Source: a virus. From it: a stretch of DNA of 64,000 bases. This document shows positions 10,481 through 19,775 of this stretch, piece by piece. Location: positions 64,001 through 128,000 of the IMG/VR virus record IMGVR_UViG_3300022562_001814. One strand, written 5' to 3'. A program made the translations under genes and the position numbers. The notes beneath the pieces are model-generated. The model was not told the origin of the DNA and did no database searches. It saw only the letters and a list, made by a program, of their open reading frames with translations. Each line of letters opens with the position of its first letter. Within the stretch, counting starts at the first letter, position 1.

Positions 10481-11647
10481 ATGAAAAGAGTATTATTATT
10501 GTTGTTTGTATTTTTATTAAATTGTTCTACCGCTTCTTCCAATGAAGAGTCGGTAAACACATCTCAACTAGCATTATCTTATTGTGCTACCCCGAGTCAG
10601 TTAGCTTCTGATTTAGGATCTGCCAGTCAAGATAATGTTATTAGTTTGAGCGGAGTTAATCCTTTAGATTGTCCGGAAGTTTCTATGAGTGAAACATGGA
10701 GTGGTGGAAAGTTAGTTTTTTCCGATTCTCCAGAACATCCATCTGTTAGAGGTAAATTATATGAAGATTCTACTTTAGGGGCAACTGGTACCGATAATAA
10801 TAGAGTCTTTTTGTATCATACAAATGGTAAATCTAAAGGTAAAATGAAATTTACCGTGTTAGTTAAGAATTTAGGAGCTTCGACTGCTACTTTGACCGTT
10901 CAAAAAGTGGGTACGGCAGGACCAACCACTTCATATTTGTATGCGGGTAAGTTAGGATTTCAAAGATGGTTAGATTCTACTGCCGGTAGTGGGGTTAATG
11001 TTTCTCCAGGTTCTACTGTAACGTTGGATTCTACTTTTGATGCTTTGACTGCTAATCCAAATTATTTACTTCATGGAATTTGGGATTATTCTATGACCCA
11101 GCCTCATCAAGTGACTATTTGTGCTTTAAACCAAAATGATAATCCATTAACCGTATGTCCTGGTTTGTCTGTACTTTCAAGAGATAGTCATCAAAGAGGA
11201 ACATTTCCCTATGCTGATAAAGTTTATGATTTATCGACAAGTGTTGATACTGTTGATGGTATTCAACAATTCCCTCTTGCTAGTGGCGCACCCAATGACA
11301 GTTGGGCGGTTGGGACAGACGTAACTGATAGTTCTAGTCAAACTCTTACCGGAAATTATGGAGTTTTATATAGAATGCATTTCAGTCTTGCTTCTAGTGA
11401 TTCAAAGAATTTTGGCTTCTTGTTAAATCCAAGAGGTGGGCAATGGGGAGGAGCCGTTTGGGCCGCCCCTGGACTTGAGGCTGGTGGTAAGTTCTTGCTT
11501 CCAGCAGGTTCTGGTTCAACCGGGTTAAATACCAATGGCGTTGTAGAAGGTAAATACGATCCATCATCAACAAGTGCGCCATGGGCACAATTTATGCCAA
11601 CCGGTGGCTCTGCGCTTCCATTAAGATTTGTAATGGTTCCACACTAA
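10481..11647 (+). CDS. secreted protein / probable lipoprotein of unknown function
   Basis: MKRVLLLLFVFLLNC signal peptide with lipobox-like Cys; GAGG RBS; SDSPE, GNYGVLY, LNPRGG conserved-looking blocks. Confidence 0.7.
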   Translation: MKRVLLLLFVFLLNCSTASSNEESVNTSQLALSYCATPSQLASDLGSASQDNVISLSGVNPLDCPEVSMSETWSGGKLVFSDSPEHPSVRGKLYEDSTLGATGTDNNRVFLYHTNGKSKGKMKFTVLVKNLGASTATLTVQKVGTAGPTTSYLYAGKLGFQRWLDSTAGSGVNVSPGSTVTLDSTFDALTANPNYLLHGIWDYSMTQPHQVTICALNQNDNPLTVCPGLSVLSRDSHQRGTFPYADKVYDLSTSVDTVDGIQQFPLASGAPNDSWAVGTDVTDSSSQTLTGNYGVLYRMHFSLASSDSKNFGFLLNPRGGQWGGAVWAAPGLEAGGKFLLPAGSGSTGLNTNGVVEGKYDPSSTSAPWAQFMPTGGSALPLRFVMVPH

Positions 11648-11649
11648 TT

Positions 11650-11716
11650 AAAAAAACATAATATTTAGAAATTAGATTTTATCTAAAAAAATATCTAGAT
11701 ATTATGTTTATTTTTG
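11650..11716 (+). terminator. imperfect long inverted repeat; possible terminator after the lipoprotein gene
   Basis: aaaaaaacataatatttaga ... tctagatattatgtttattttt with inner ttagat-ttt-atctaa; AT-rich so weak stem. Confidence 0.45.
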
Positions 11717-11725
11717 ATAATACTG

Positions 11726-11759
11726 AATATCCTTATTATAATTTTATAATAAGGATATT
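11726..11759. repeat. perfect 16-bp inverted repeat
   Basis: aatatccttattataa-tt-ttataataaggatatt upstream of gene 11782. Confidence 0.85.
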
Positions 11760-11781
11760 TTAGTATATTACAGAGGTTTAA

Positions 11782-12117
11782 ATGGTGGATTTTCGCATAA
11801 CCGGCCCAGCCCACGATTATTATAAAAAAATATCGGTTAGCAACACAACGTTTGGATTAATGACAGACGGTTATAAACCAGATGTTTTAATACCATTTTC
11901 TACTTATGGTTTAACATTTTTAAATGAAGGTACAACCACAAGCCATATAATTGAATATTCTTTTAATGGATTTGATGTGCATGGTGAAATTAACCCCACC
12001 TTACCTAATAAATATTCTGTATTTAATAATAGGGTAGGTTGTAAAATATGGTTAAGAGTTAAGTCGGGCTCCTCAGGACCTATTACGGTAGCTGTAGAAG
12101 CGTGGCAAATACGATAA
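11782..12117 (+). CDS. small beta-sandwich protein (putative virion component)
   Basis: 111 aa, alternating beta pattern, GAGG RBS, one DGY. Confidence 0.6.
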   Translation: MVDFRITGPAHDYYKKISVSNTTFGLMTDGYKPDVLIPFSTYGLTFLNEGTTTSHIIEYSFNGFDVHGEINPTLPNKYSVFNNRVGCKIWLRVKSGSSGPITVAVEAWQIR

Positions 12118-12148
12118 TAGGTTTGATATATAGGTTAGAGAGAATAAG

Positions 12149-12388
12149 ATGGGTAAGAAAAAAATATTATCTGAACTTGAAACTAGAAATAACATATTAA
12201 AGGCTGCTAAACAATTGGGTTGCGAAAAGGATGTTATTCAAATTTTTAATAAATATGATTTATTATTAAGAAATTGTACTAATTTACAGGAAAGAGAAGC
12301 TATTAGCACTATGGGAAATTTAGAAATTCATCGATTACTTAGCTCTACTCCGGGCGAATTAAGTATTAATGGGAAAATTATTATATAA
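12149..12388 (+). CDS. hypothetical protein
   Basis: 79-aa ORF, in operon-like spacing with the cold-shock gene. Confidence 0.65.
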   Translation: MGKKKILSELETRNNILKAAKQLGCEKDVIQIFNKYDLLLRNCTNLQEREAISTMGNLEIHRLLSSTPGELSINGKIII

Positions 12389-12396
12389 GGTAAGAT

Positions 12397-12621
12397 ATGT
12401 CGGAAACGCATAATGGTAAAGTTATTTGGTTTAATAAATTGGGTATTGGTTTTATAGAGTGGAATAAAGACGGCGAAAAACAAAAAGATATGTTCGTTCA
12501 TTATTCTGATTTATGTATGGAAGGATTTAAAATGTTACATAAAGGACAAGATGTATCATTCGAAATCGGGTTAAATCACAAAGGACAGCCAAAAGCTGTT
12601 AATGTTAAAGTGATAAAATAA
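12397..12621 (+). CDS. cold-shock domain (CspA-family) nucleic-acid binding protein
   Basis: GKVIWFN..GIGFI (RNP-1), DMFVHYS (RNP-2), GFKML..GQ.VSFEI, G.PKAVNV. Confidence 0.9.
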   Translation: MSETHNGKVIWFNKLGIGFIEWNKDGEKQKDMFVHYSDLCMEGFKMLHKGQDVSFEIGLNHKGQPKAVNVKVIK

Positions 12622-12891
12622 TTATTTTAAAAATAATTGAAGAATACCAAATATTGTACCTAAACCAAGACCACCAAGTATAACGATCAATTTAAATAAA
12701 TTTCTATCAATATCATCAATTTTTTTCTTCATATGAGTTAAATCTTTGATAATATCTTCGTTTTGTCTTTCAACTTCTAAGTAAATTTCTACTGATTTTT
12801 TATTAACTTCTAAAATATTTTTAAGATCGCCAGAAGTTAATTTGGCACCTTCTTGATCATTACAGTTTGTTTTTTTATCATTAGAAGGCAT
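12622..12891 (-). CDS. small membrane protein (coiled coil + C-terminal TM; XhlA/holin-like layout)
   Basis: Heptad region followed by LFKLIVILGGLGLGTIFGILQLF. Confidence 0.6.
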   Translation of the reverse strand: MPSNDKKTNCNDQEGAKLTSGDLKNILEVNKKSVEIYLEVERQNEDIIKDLTHMKKKIDDIDRNLFKLIVILGGLGLGTIFGILQLFLK

Positions 12892-12898
12892 AACATTT

Positions 12899-13057
12899 TT
12901 ACTTTTTAAGAGAAGGATTTCTTTGTTTTTTATTGTTAATTTTAATAATGATTTGATCTATTTTTTCATTTAAATCTTTATATTCTTTTATTAGTTTTTC
13001 CGGAAGTTCAACTTCTTCTGTGTTGAGATTTAATTCTTCGGCTACATTAGTTGACAT
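12899..13057 (-). CDS. small coiled-coil protein (52 aa; not in ORF track)
   Basis: Manual translation MSTNVAEELNLNTEEVELPEKLIKEYKDLNEKIDQIIIKINNKKQRNPSLKK*, AGGA RBS upstream, fills gap between co-oriented genes. Confidence 0.7.
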   Translation of the reverse strand: MSTNVAEELNLNTEEVELPEKLIKEYKDLNEKIDQIIIKINNKKQRNPSLKK

Positions 13058-13065
13058 AGAATTTC

Positions 13066-13455
13066 CTAATCGTTTGGATGGTCGGTTAAATCGGCAGTTT
13101 GTTCAGCGTAAACTTCATCAGGTATTTCTAATTCTTCATAGCGTATTTCTTCTGTTTGAATAGCAGATGCTCTTCTCGCTCTTGACGGTAAAAAAGCATA
13201 TTGTGATACTTCTATTATTTTTTTTGGTTCTACTGTTGGTGGTAGTTTTCTAACAACTATTTTTTTTCGTTTTTTAAAAATTGAACCGGAAACAGCCGAA
13301 TTTATTAATTCTTCTTTGGTAAAAAAATAATGTTTTTTATCTAATAAATTTACAGTTTTACGTGCAGGAATGGTTAAACCTAAATCAGTAAGACTAACAT
13401 CCATTTTGGATATATTAGATACCCAAAATTGTTCATTTTTATCGGGTTGAACCAT
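13066..13455 (-). CDS. hypothetical protein, paralogous to N-half of 3101..3715
   Basis: FWVSN..D...IP....NLL......S..SG pattern shared. Confidence 0.7.
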   Translation of the reverse strand: MVQPDKNEQFWVSNISKMDVSLTDLGLTIPARKTVNLLDKKHYFFTKEELINSAVSGSIFKKRKKIVVRKLPPTVEPKKIIEVSQYAFLPSRARRASAIQTEEIRYEELEIPDEVYAEQTADLTDHPND

Positions 13456-13470
13456 TTCAATATAATGTAA

Positions 13471-14967
13471 TTATAATAGTTTAAATTCTTTTTCAAATTT
13501 GAGTTTAAAATTTCTTACGGCATGCTCAAATTTATCTCTTACATTACTTATAGTAAAATTGTGTTGAGTAGAAGTCAATTTATTTAATTTTTCTAATTGT
13601 TCTTCTATAGTTAGATGTCGCCAATGAGGAAATAATTTATTAAAAATAGATTGAATATCTAAATCATAACAAACATCAAAATATTGTTCCATTTTTAATA
13701 TTATCATACGTTTGGCGAATTCATAACCAGTTTGTTGTTTGATATGATAATTTATTAACTTTTTTAAATATTCATATAATAATATATATGTTTGTTTAAA
13801 TATTTCTTGATTTTTATTAATTCTTGATAATTCTCGATAAATATCAAAATGAGCAATATCCAAAAAATCTTCTAAAGTTAAATGGCTTTCATCAGTATCG
13901 TGTTTACTTAAAAATGGGATATCTTTATAAGGTTGTTCTCCGGGTTTCAGATTTTTTAAAATTCTTTCAGGAGGAATATTAATTAAACTTTCCGAACTTT
14001 CTCCAATAACCGTATTAGAATAATCTAATACTCTAAGTGGAGTCCTACGTTGTAAAGCTTCTACAAACAAATTTGCAATATTAGGATCCCATGTATCATA
14101 CATATGATCTAATATAATAACTTTTTCATTAGTTTTTGAATTAATTCCAAATCTTACAATGCATCGTTTAATCATTCTCGATCCATATTCGGTTTCACTA
14201 TCTGCTGTTAAATAAATAATACCAACATACCGACTTAATATAGATCCTATTAAGCATTCTTTATGTTCTCCTGACCAACTTTGACAAGATTGAATGCCAC
14301 GTTGAGACATTGTTGCAATATCCCAAACTCCTTCATCACCTGAACCACTAAATATTATAAAATAATCTTTATCTTTTGGTAAATTTAATTTATTAAATTT
14401 TTTGGCACTACTTAAATGATCTATATTGGGTAATTTAAAATCATTAGAATTTAAAATATCAGGATATTTTTTACTAAATTGTTCGTTCAATTTATTAATT
14501 TTATCAAATGTTGTAAAAATTGAATCACTTGGTTTAAAAATAGTTTTGGTAAATAATTTAACTTCCCACGGAAAGAAAATTTTTAATTTATTTTCATTAT
14601 TTATAGTTGCATTTTTAACAGCTTCTATTGTATCGCTTAATGTTTGTAAATATTGTGTAGCAATTTCTATAAATACTGGATCTGTATTTGGTTTAATTTT
14701 ATTATATATTTTATTTTTTACATTATTTAAATGTTTTATTATATCTTCTAATAAATCTTGAATAATATCATAAGGCTCATTGGTTATTTCATATTTAACT
14801 TTTTCTTTAAAATTAGAAAGACCAAATACTGGAAATACTTTTTTAACAGTTTTTCTTTTTTTAATTTCTGGATTTTCAGCTAACCAATCCGGAATTTGTT
14901 TATCTTTAAAAGCATCTAATCCGGCGCTTATAAATAATTGATAAATAATTTTTAAATCATCCGCCAT
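13471..14967 (-). CDS. hypothetical protein with conserved-looking central domain (PcfJ-like motif, tentative)
   Basis: 498 aa; WDIATMSQRGIQSCQSW ... GIIYLT ... RMIKRCIVR ... LDHMY. Confidence 0.6.
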   Translation of the reverse strand: MADDLKIIYQLFISAGLDAFKDKQIPDWLAENPEIKKRKTVKKVFPVFGLSNFKEKVKYEITNEPYDIIQDLLEDIIKHLNNVKNKIYNKIKPNTDPVFIEIATQYLQTLSDTIEAVKNATINNENKLKIFFPWEVKLFTKTIFKPSDSIFTTFDKINKLNEQFSKKYPDILNSNDFKLPNIDHLSSAKKFNKLNLPKDKDYFIIFSGSGDEGVWDIATMSQRGIQSCQSWSGEHKECLIGSILSRYVGIIYLTADSETEYGSRMIKRCIVRFGINSKTNEKVIILDHMYDTWDPNIANLFVEALQRRTPLRVLDYSNTVIGESSESLINIPPERILKNLKPGEQPYKDIPFLSKHDTDESHLTLEDFLDIAHFDIYRELSRINKNQEIFKQTYILLYEYLKKLINYHIKQQTGYEFAKRMIILKMEQYFDVCYDLDIQSIFNKLFPHWRHLTIEEQLEKLNKLTSTQHNFTISNVRDKFEHAVRNFKLKFEKEFKLL

Positions 14968-15006
14968 AGTTAAATATCATAAAATTGTATTTAAACAAGG
15001 ATTTAA

Positions 15007-15342
15007 ATGTCGACAATTTTACAGTACACGCCTGGCTCTCAAGTTACTGTTTTGCTTCAAATATTAGATAGTACAGGAATAAGGGAAGATGGATATACAA
15101 CTCCGGTGATTAGTCGAATAATTTTACCAGATTTATCAGAATCTTCTTTATATCCAATTGATATGATTAAAATTGATACTGGACTTTATTATCATAAATT
15201 TACTTTACCAACAGGTTCTGTAAGCATAGGTACTTATATTATTGATTTAAGTTGGACTGATTCAAGTAATAATACTAAACAAGATATAATTCAAATATTG
15301 TGTAATCCCACCAGCGGTCAGTTTACAGTCTCTCCATCATAG
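15007..15342 (+). CDS. Ig-like single-domain virion protein
   Basis: TGLYYHKF..GTYIIDLSW pattern; paralogous to N-terminus of 15740..16639; one DGY. Confidence 0.6.
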   Translation: MSTILQYTPGSQVTVLLQILDSTGIREDGYTTPVISRIILPDLSESSLYPIDMIKIDTGLYYHKFTLPTGSVSIGTYIIDLSWTDSSNNTKQDIIQILCNPTSGQFTVSPS

Positions 15343-15349
15343 GTTATAA

Positions 15350-15688
15350 ATGAATAGTTGTTCAAAATTAGCAAATAAATTTGCAATGAAATTAGGTTTA
15401 GAATCTAGACCTGCCAGCTCGGTTCTTCCATCTGATTCGCTTTCGGATCTTTCTTCAGATTTTTCTTCAGATTTTATGGAAGAATACGAGGATTTATTAC
15501 CTAGCCAAAATTTAAATGTAAGAAAAAATGATTCTTTATATAAAATTTTAGAATCAGCGCGAGTAGAATTGCATAGCCTTACTCAAGCATTATCATTAGG
15601 TGATTTTGAATCTAGTTTAGAATTTATTTCTAATGCAAAGTCTGATCTAACAAAGTTAGAAGAATTAATTAAAAATCAAATCAAATAA
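15350..15688 (+). CDS. hypothetical protein
   Basis: 112 aa, Ser/Asp-rich linker then helical C-terminus. Confidence 0.65.
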   Translation: MNSCSKLANKFAMKLGLESRPASSVLPSDSLSDLSSDFSSDFMEEYEDLLPSQNLNVRKNDSLYKILESARVELHSLTQALSLGDFESSLEFISNAKSDLTKLEELIKNQIK

Positions 15689-15739
15689 TAGTAGATAGCC
15701 TTTAATATCATAAAATAATATATATATGAACGGATTATT

Positions 15740-16639
15740 ATGGCTTTACGTACTCGTACTGAACTTATAGAACCCAAAGATGTTGTACAACTTACTGCAG
15801 TATTTAAAGATCAAAACGGAACTCCAACTAATTTAGATTCTTATCCAAATATTACAATTATACAGCCTAGTGGTTTGATCAGTACCGGACCAACTAGTTC
15901 TGGCGTTATGCAAATATCAACAGGAAAATATCAATTTGATTATGAAATTGGATTTACTGGACCATATGGAGTGTGGAGTGATGTTTGGGAGGGTTATTTA
16001 AATGGATATAGGCTTGAAGCCACCTTTAATTTTGTTGTAGCTCATACGGATTTGCCAGGCATTAATACGGATGGTTATTGGCATTTAGGCGATGATCCTG
16101 GCTTCAACTTTACTCAAGTTGAAATTTTTAATATCAATAAATTGTTAAAAACTTTAAAAGCTAGACTAACAGCTTCAGGCAAATCAAAAAGCAAAGATGC
16201 CTATGGTAATATCATTTATGTTGATTGTAGTGTTTTTTCTATAGAAGTATTAGTGACATTTTTAGCTAATTCATTAACTTTGTTTAATGAAATTCCGCAT
16301 ATAACATTTTTTACTTTTGCTGACACTAGCTTTGTAGATCAATTTCATGATGTTATTGTGGAAGGCGCCGCTTTAATGGCATTAGGAAGTCAGGCATTAA
16401 TAGAACGTGGGGCAGAATATTCAATTTCTGATAATGGAATTAATTTTACTCCACCGGCTATGAGCGAGTTATTAAATACTCAGTATTCTGCGCTTTTAAC
16501 TCATAATTATGAAAAAGTAAAATTTATTAAAAATAGTTTCAAACCTCATCCTATGGGGTTGGGTAGTTTTAGTATGACAGGCAGCCAAAATCCAGCCTTC
16601 AGAAGATTAAGACTATTACGTCAAAGACAAATTTTTTAA
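15740..16639 (+). CDS. putative head-tail adaptor (neck) protein with N-terminal Ig-like domain
   Basis: C-terminal helical domain with YSISDNGINF beta-hairpin typical of adaptors; position upstream of head-closure-like gene. Confidence 0.55.
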   Translation: MALRTRTELIEPKDVVQLTAVFKDQNGTPTNLDSYPNITIIQPSGLISTGPTSSGVMQISTGKYQFDYEIGFTGPYGVWSDVWEGYLNGYRLEATFNFVVAHTDLPGINTDGYWHLGDDPGFNFTQVEIFNINKLLKTLKARLTASGKSKSKDAYGNIIYVDCSVFSIEVLVTFLANSLTLFNEIPHITFFTFADTSFVDQFHDVIVEGAALMALGSQALIERGAEYSISDNGINFTPPAMSELLNTQYSALLTHNYEKVKFIKNSFKPHPMGLGSFSMTGSQNPAFRRLRLLRQRQIF

Positions 16640-16658
16640 TTACTTTTTTTGCATTCTT

Positions 16659-17159
16659 GTGATGTATTCTCTTGACGAAATTAAACAAATTTCACCAAAA
16701 GTTTTATTGAAATTAATTCAAAAAGCCAAGAATTACCTTAAAACTAATGAAACAATGCAAGAGGTTTGTAATAAATATAATTTTAATATTGATGATATAG
16801 ATTTAATTCCAGTAAAATTTGATGATATTGATGTTAGTGCTAAAACAGATAAAGGCATTGTAACTTTAAATTGGAAATTGTTAATAGATGGTGATTTTTT
16901 TAAAGATTTATCATATTTGGTGCATGAATTTACTCACTACATTCAACAATCAATAGAACCAACCCAATCAGCAGATGACGGTGACTATTTAAGTAATCCA
17001 TATGAACAAGAAGGTTTTAAATATCAAATAAAATATATAGATGATCAATTTGGTAACGATGCTGCAGAAGATTATACTAATCAAGTATTAGATCATCATA
17101 ATGAAAAAGGACAAGAAAGGGAAGAAAAAAAAGATATATTAATGGAATTAATGGAGTAA
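16659..17159 (+). CDS. HExxH zinc metallopeptidase-like protein
   Basis: LVHEFTHYIQ and downstream YLSNPYEQEG (third-ligand Glu). Confidence 0.75.
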   Translation: MMYSLDEIKQISPKVLLKLIQKAKNYLKTNETMQEVCNKYNFNIDDIDLIPVKFDDIDVSAKTDKGIVTLNWKLLIDGDFFKDLSYLVHEFTHYIQQSIEPTQSADDGDYLSNPYEQEGFKYQIKYIDDQFGNDAAEDYTNQVLDHHNEKGQEREEKKDILMELME

Positions 17160-17160
17160 A

Positions 17161-18768
17161 ATGCCATACTATTTAAATTTAAATAATGTGGGCATCACAT
17201 CTGTTTCTTCTCAGGGAGACGGTTCTACTATTACACTTAAATGGTACAGGGCTTTTCCTGAAAAAACAACTAATTTGATGGCTTATAATATTTATATCGA
17301 TACTATAAGACCAGATTTTGAATTTCAATTTTTTAATAAAAGCCCGGCTTTTGTATCTGTAGATGGTAAATTAACGGCAGATATAACTGGATTAGTTCCT
17401 GGACAAATGTATAGATTTGCTGTTAGACCAGTAGAATATGATCCTGATGTGTTTGATTTAAAAGACTTACCAATCGTTTTTAATAATTTAAGAATATACC
17501 CAGAAAGTCCACTAAGAGAAGATATTACAGAAAGCTCTGATATTATTCCTTTATTAAGTGTTGATGATTTTCCATCAACAGGGGTGGTTCGTGTTGGAGC
17601 TGAGCTAATACAATACAGTTCTGTGGATACCATTAATAATAATTTATTATTAACAAATGTATCTTTACAAAGGGGATTTAATGACACGGATATTACTTAT
17701 CATACTGCTGACGGATATGATGGGTATACAACTTGGGATCCGACAGTTTTATTTTTTCCTATAGATATAGAAGATCAAAATACGGTTGTATTTGCAACAC
17801 AAGATAGATTTGATTATCCAAACTATGCATTTACTTTAGAAGATGGTTATAGACAAAATATAAAAGATATTGTTAATGCCGATCTTAGTATAAGTGATGA
17901 AGTTAATGAAGATTTTCCGGCTTATGATTATGTTGGTTGGCATAGAATTGATCCGGTTGCATTATTTAATGGGGAATGTGTTGGAAGCTATTTTGGTGGA
18001 CAACTTTATTGTGCAGACGGATATGATGGGGTTGGAAGAATTATAAGAGGTATTTCTGTAGATGATCGGAATACTCAACGTCAAGAAGTATTGTTATCGG
18101 TTATTGGTGAGCCCGTATGTTTAATTAAACGTCAATGGACCGGAATCAGGTGTTTTTGTATATTGGCAACCAGTGAACATCCAGATGCTAGGTGTAAAAA
18201 ATGTTATGGTACTGGCTTTGTTGTAGGCTATCAACAATATTTTGATTCTAGAAACGCCGATGGAAGAATTCGTGTTAAAATTGAACCGTGGATAGATGAT
18301 TTGCCTCTTATAGATAGTGGTTTAGATCCAGAAGCTACTAAACCAAATGCTTGGACTCTTGTATTACCAGCTATTAAAAAACGAGATTTTATTGTAAGAT
18401 TTGATAAAGATGGTAATGAAGAGTTTAGATACGAAGTTATAAATGTAACTAGAAATATCTTATTTAATCAACAATTTGGTGCCCAAAAAATGACTTTACA
18501 AAGAATTCGTAAAACAGATATTATATATCAATTTAAAGTTTTCAAAAATACCGAAACAATGCCTACAGCATTTAATACTAGTATTAATAGTTCTTTGGGA
18601 ATTATTCCACATTCTCATCAATTCATAACAAATGAAATGGCACCATTTAATTGGAATCAAGCCACCTCGATAAATCAGGGACATTCTCATATAATAAGTT
18701 GGAACCCAGTGTCTGGTATGTTAGAAGTATCGACAGAATTAGGTCATACACATCAATTATTATTTTAA
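17161..18768 (+). CDS. putative head-closure/neck protein with N-terminal Fn3 domain and Zn finger
   Basis: Fn3: ITLKW..AYNIY..ITGLVPGQMYRFAVR; CxC...CKKCYGTG; C-terminal HxH repeats; 4 DGY. Confidence 0.6.
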   Translation: MPYYLNLNNVGITSVSSQGDGSTITLKWYRAFPEKTTNLMAYNIYIDTIRPDFEFQFFNKSPAFVSVDGKLTADITGLVPGQMYRFAVRPVEYDPDVFDLKDLPIVFNNLRIYPESPLREDITESSDIIPLLSVDDFPSTGVVRVGAELIQYSSVDTINNNLLLTNVSLQRGFNDTDITYHTADGYDGYTTWDPTVLFFPIDIEDQNTVVFATQDRFDYPNYAFTLEDGYRQNIKDIVNADLSISDEVNEDFPAYDYVGWHRIDPVALFNGECVGSYFGGQLYCADGYDGVGRIIRGISVDDRNTQRQEVLLSVIGEPVCLIKRQWTGIRCFCILATSEHPDARCKKCYGTGFVVGYQQYFDSRNADGRIRVKIEPWIDDLPLIDSGLDPEATKPNAWTLVLPAIKKRDFIVRFDKDGNEEFRYEVINVTRNILFNQQFGAQKMTLQRIRKTDIIYQFKVFKNTETMPTAFNTSINSSLGIIPHSHQFITNEMAPFNWNQATSINQGHSHIISWNPVSGMLEVSTELGHTHQLLF

Positions 18769-19704
18769 TTCTAAATATTTTTTATATTTTCTATCAAGAA
18801 AAATTGTAGAATTTTGATACATAAATTTATATATCTTACAAGAAATTGGGGTCCCGTTATAAGATATGTAATATATATTGTTTTTTTTACTTAATTTCTT
18901 ATGTTCTTTATTAACTATTTTATTTTTATATAAAATATAATTTAGTTGATTAAGAAATTCAAACGATCCACATATACTTATACATCCATATAAATGTTTG
19001 TTTTTGTATATACTGCCATCACCATCAAAATATCCTAATAAAAAATAATTAACTAAAGGATGATTTAATAACCACTCTGGCATTTGATAATTTTGGGATT
19101 TTCTTTCTTCAATACCAAACATTTTGAGGCTTTCACATATACGTTTTGATCCTATCTGTAAAGATGATTTTTTATAAATTTTATTTGTAATACTATCATG
19201 AATTGGTCCATTATACTCCATTAGTATTTTCATTTTTTCTAAATGATTTTTATCTTTTGTTGAAAGGCTTATTGATAACACTGACGGTTTAGTTGCATTT
19301 GGTTGTTTATAAATACACCCATCGGCAGCAATAAATCCAGCAATATAAAAAACTTCTGAAGTTACTTGATTAAAAAAATTTTCATTCAGAGTGTACGTGT
19401 TATTTATTTCAATATTTAAATATTTTAATAATTTATTTATTGTAATATGATGCATTTTATATTTTTTTGCCACACCGGTTGTTCCTAATTTTTCATAATC
19501 TTTTATAAATATTTTATGATTTATATTAAGTATTTTTTTACTAGGTTTATATTTCTTTATACCATAAAGAATTAAAAATTTTGATAATGTATCTTTATCG
19601 ATGTCAAGTATTTTTGATATTATTTTGATTTTTTTATATTTTTGATATATTTGTTCAAGTTCTTGTTTTGTTATTAATCGTTGTACTCTATTGTGACGTT
19701 CCAT
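18760..19704 (-). CDS. LAGLIDADG homing endonuclease (free-standing, N-terminal HTH repeats)
   Basis: YIAGFIAADG and FLLGYFDGDG motifs; start reassigned to ATG 19704 behind GAAGG. Confidence 0.88.
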   Translation of the reverse strand: MERHNRVQRLITKQELEQIYQKYKKIKIISKILDIDKDTLSKFLILYGIKKYKPSKKILNINHKIFIKDYEKLGTTGVAKKYKMHHITINKLLKYLNIEINNTYTLNENFFNQVTSEVFYIAGFIAADGCIYKQPNATKPSVLSISLSTKDKNHLEKMKILMEYNGPIHDSITNKIYKKSSLQIGSKRICESLKMFGIEERKSQNYQMPEWLLNHPLVNYFLLGYFDGDGSIYKNKHLYGCISICGSFEFLNQLNYILYKNKIVNKEHKKLSKKNNIYYISYNGTPISCKIYKFMYQNSTIFLDRKYKKYLELK

Positions 19705-19775
19705 ATAATACCTTCTTTTGTATACATTATATCTGTTTATGCATAAATTCATATAATTGTAGGAATTGGACCACT

